The notes beneath the pieces were generated by a model. It was not told the origin of the DNA and did no database searches. It saw only the letters and a program-made list of their open reading frames with translations. Shown here piece after piece: positions 62,549 to 64,000 of a stretch of 64,000 nt of DNA. The DNA is taken from contig CAZRVT010000002.1 in assembly GCA_964603505.1 (NCBI GenBank), positions 10,312 through 74,311 of the forward strand. The letters are read 5' to 3'. How positions within the stretch are numbered: the stretch's first letter is position 1; each line of letters starts with the position of its first letter. Origin of the DNA: an uncultured Holophagales bacterium (GTDB lineage: Bacteria; Acidobacteriota; Thermoanaerobaculia; UBA2201). A program made the position numbers and the translations under genes.

Positions 62549-63658
62549 TCAGAACTTGAACCGACGGGGCTTGCGGGTCTTCCAGCCGCCCTTGCGGTAG
62601 CCGTAGGCCGCGAGGATGGGCATCAGGAGGGTGGCCTCCCCGTAGACCATCTGCTCGTAGGAGGTGGAGACCTTCCCCCAGCTGGAGGCCTCGCGCAGCG
62701 TGGAGCCCGAGAGCGCTCCGTCGCGCTCGTCCGCTACGGTGATCTGCACGGCGTATTTGTGCATCGGGGCGTCGTATCCCAGCACCTCAGCCGCGACGAC
62801 GATGTCCTGAGCGAAGTTCTTGGGGACGCCTCCCCCGATCATCACGAGGCCGGTCTGCTTAGAGGCCAGCTTGACCATCGTCAGTTCTCGGAAGTCGCGC
62901 ACGGAGTCGATGGTGACGTGGCGGTCGGGATGGCGCACCTGGTGGTGCACCAGCCCGAAGCCGGCGGAACAGTCGGAGAACGCCGGGGCGAACAGCGGGA
63001 CCCCGGCGCGGTAGGCCGCCGCCACGATGGAGTCCTCGGCCTTGATCCGCTTGCGCTCCAAATACTTCGCCATCTCGACGAAGAACTCCCGTGACGAGTA
63101 CGGGCGCGGCTCCAGAGCGTCCGCGATGCGCGCGATGGTCTCGTCGCAGATCCGGAGGTGGTCCTCGTCGATGTAGGTGTCGTAGATGCGGTCGATGTGC
63201 ATTTCGCGCATCTCGTTGTCGTCCACGAAGGGGGTGCCGATGTAGTGTTTGAACCCGAGGGCCTCGAAATAGTCCTGATCCACCAGGTTGGCCCCCGTCG
63301 AAACGATGACGTCGACCATGCGGAGGGCCACCATGTCGGCGATGACCTTCTTCAGGCCTGCCGAAATGAGGGACCCGGCGAGGCAGAGGATGATGGTGCA
63401 CTCCCGGTCGCGAAGCATGCGGTCGTAAATGGCGCAGGCGCGGGAAAGGTTGCGGGCCTGGATGGCCATCCCGCCCATGGCCTCGACCATCGGGACCACA
63501 TCGAGCGTTTTCATGTCGATGTGGCGGATGGGGTCCTGAAGCAGACGGCGTTTCTTGGCTTTGAGCTTGGCGTTCACGGTTCCCTTACCTCCAAGGCGAT
63601 CGGATTGGGCCCCCGTCTCAGAGGGCGATGTCGAAGATCTTCCACTTTCCCCGGCCAC
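62549..63658 (-). CDS. Deoxyhypusine synthase-like protein (DHS / homospermidine-synthase-related, NAD-binding)
   Basis: DHS family pattern (VSTGANLVDQD, GGGVPKNF, ...); the N-terminal ~45 aa may be over-called. Confidence 0.75.
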   Translation of the reverse strand: MAGESGRSSTSPSETGAQSDRLGGKGTVNAKLKAKKRRLLQDPIRHIDMKTLDVVPMVEAMGGMAIQARNLSRACAIYDRMLRDRECTIILCLAGSLISAGLKKVIADMVALRMVDVIVSTGANLVDQDYFEALGFKHYIGTPFVDDNEMREMHIDRIYDTYIDEDHLRICDETIARIADALEPRPYSSREFFVEMAKYLERKRIKAEDSIVAAAYRAGVPLFAPAFSDCSAGFGLVHHQVRHPDRHVTIDSVRDFRELTMVKLASKQTGLVMIGGGVPKNFAQDIVVAAEVLGYDAPMHKYAVQITVADERDGALSGSTLREASSWGKVSTSYEQMVYGEATLLMPILAAYGYRKGGWKTRKPRRFKF

Positions 63659-63839
63659 CCGCGACCAGCACCACCGCCGATTTCGGAACGCCGAAATGGC
63701 GGCCCAGCGCCTCCTGGATGGCCCGGTTGGCCTTTCCCTCCCTCGGCGGGGCTTTAACGCGAACGAGGAGACGGCCGTCTGCCGCCTCCTCGACGCTTTC
63801 GGTCCGGGCGCCGGCCCGGGCCTCCACGGTGACGCGCAT
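63618..63839 (-). CDS. DUF167 (YggU-like) small protein
   Basis: 73 aa; VKAPPREGKANRAIQEALGRHFGVPKSAVVLVAGGRGKWK matches the YggU/DUF167 pattern; overlaps the DHS-like gene start region. Confidence 0.6.
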   Translation of the reverse strand: MRVTVEARAGARTESVEEAADGRLLVRVKAPPREGKANRAIQEALGRHFGVPKSAVVLVAGGRGKWKIFDIAL

Positions 63840-63849
63840 GGCTCCCCGG

Positions 63850-64000
63850 GGGACTACTCGAACTCGACCAGGTCCCCCAGGTGGATCTCCCGCACGCTCT
63901 CCAGCACCCGCGCGGTGGCGGTGTTCTCCTGGACCGTCAGGATGCCCAAGCGCCCCTGCACGATGCGCTGGGCGCCCGCCTCCTCCCCGTAGCGGTAGAT
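63850..64000 (-). CDS. C-terminal fragment of an unidentified protein running off the window (…VQGRLGILTVQENTATARVLESVREIHLGDLVEFE*)
   Basis: Open minus-strand frame ending in TAG at 63850-63852, continuing beyond the window edge; not in the track because no start is present. Confidence 0.3.

Overview
High-GC (roughly two-thirds G+C by eye) chromosomal segment from a diderm bacterium, judged from BamA, Pal/CpoB, LolDE, a fused LptF-LptG, TonB and a Wza/Wzc/OMP polysaccharide-export locus. A close MglA orthologue and a UGA-selenocysteine protein hint at a deltaproteobacterial/Myxococcota-like or related high-GC lineage, but this cannot be established from the window. Most genes are housekeeping: leuCD, ribD/ribE, hemW, rpsT, lysS, tRNA-Val x2 followed by infC-rpmI-rplT-pheST, purA, an HU/IHF gene, acpP/fabF, parAB, queE and a MoxR-DUF58-transglutaminase operon. 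Five tRNA genes were found by hand folding: Gly-GCC, Leu-GAG, Val-GAC, Val-CAC and Arg-ACG. The high GC produces many long spurious antisense ORFs in the six-frame track, so real genes were chosen by family recognition. Stand-outs: (1) a lipoprotein TlpA/ResA-type thioredoxin whose redox motif is U-G-G-C, with an in-frame UGA exactly at the first Cys position of CxxC and a hairpin beginning ~11 nt downstream as expected for a bacterial SECIS (the track splits this gene into two ORFs); (2) a ~0.5 kb low-GC islet encoding a small secreted protein with an N-terminal Cys-Ser-Cys and Cys spacing like the TIMP/netrin-like (NTR) N-domain; (3) a ~4 kb low-GC block (parB-parA-BFN nuclease-ACE-like M2 peptidase) bounded by AT-rich segments; (4) an AT-rich intergenic region with DnaA-box-like 9-mers where rpsT/lysS (minus) diverge from tRNA-Val-infC-rpmI-rplT-pheST (plus); (5) an MglA GTPase with a ~220-aa C-terminal extension and no adjacent mglB; (6) a 3'-truncated htpX whose end is overprinted by a consensus tRNA-Val promoter; (7) several consensus TATAAT boxes 6-8 nt upstream of start codons, suggesting leaderless mRNAs. 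No CRISPR arrays, transposases or integrases were seen.
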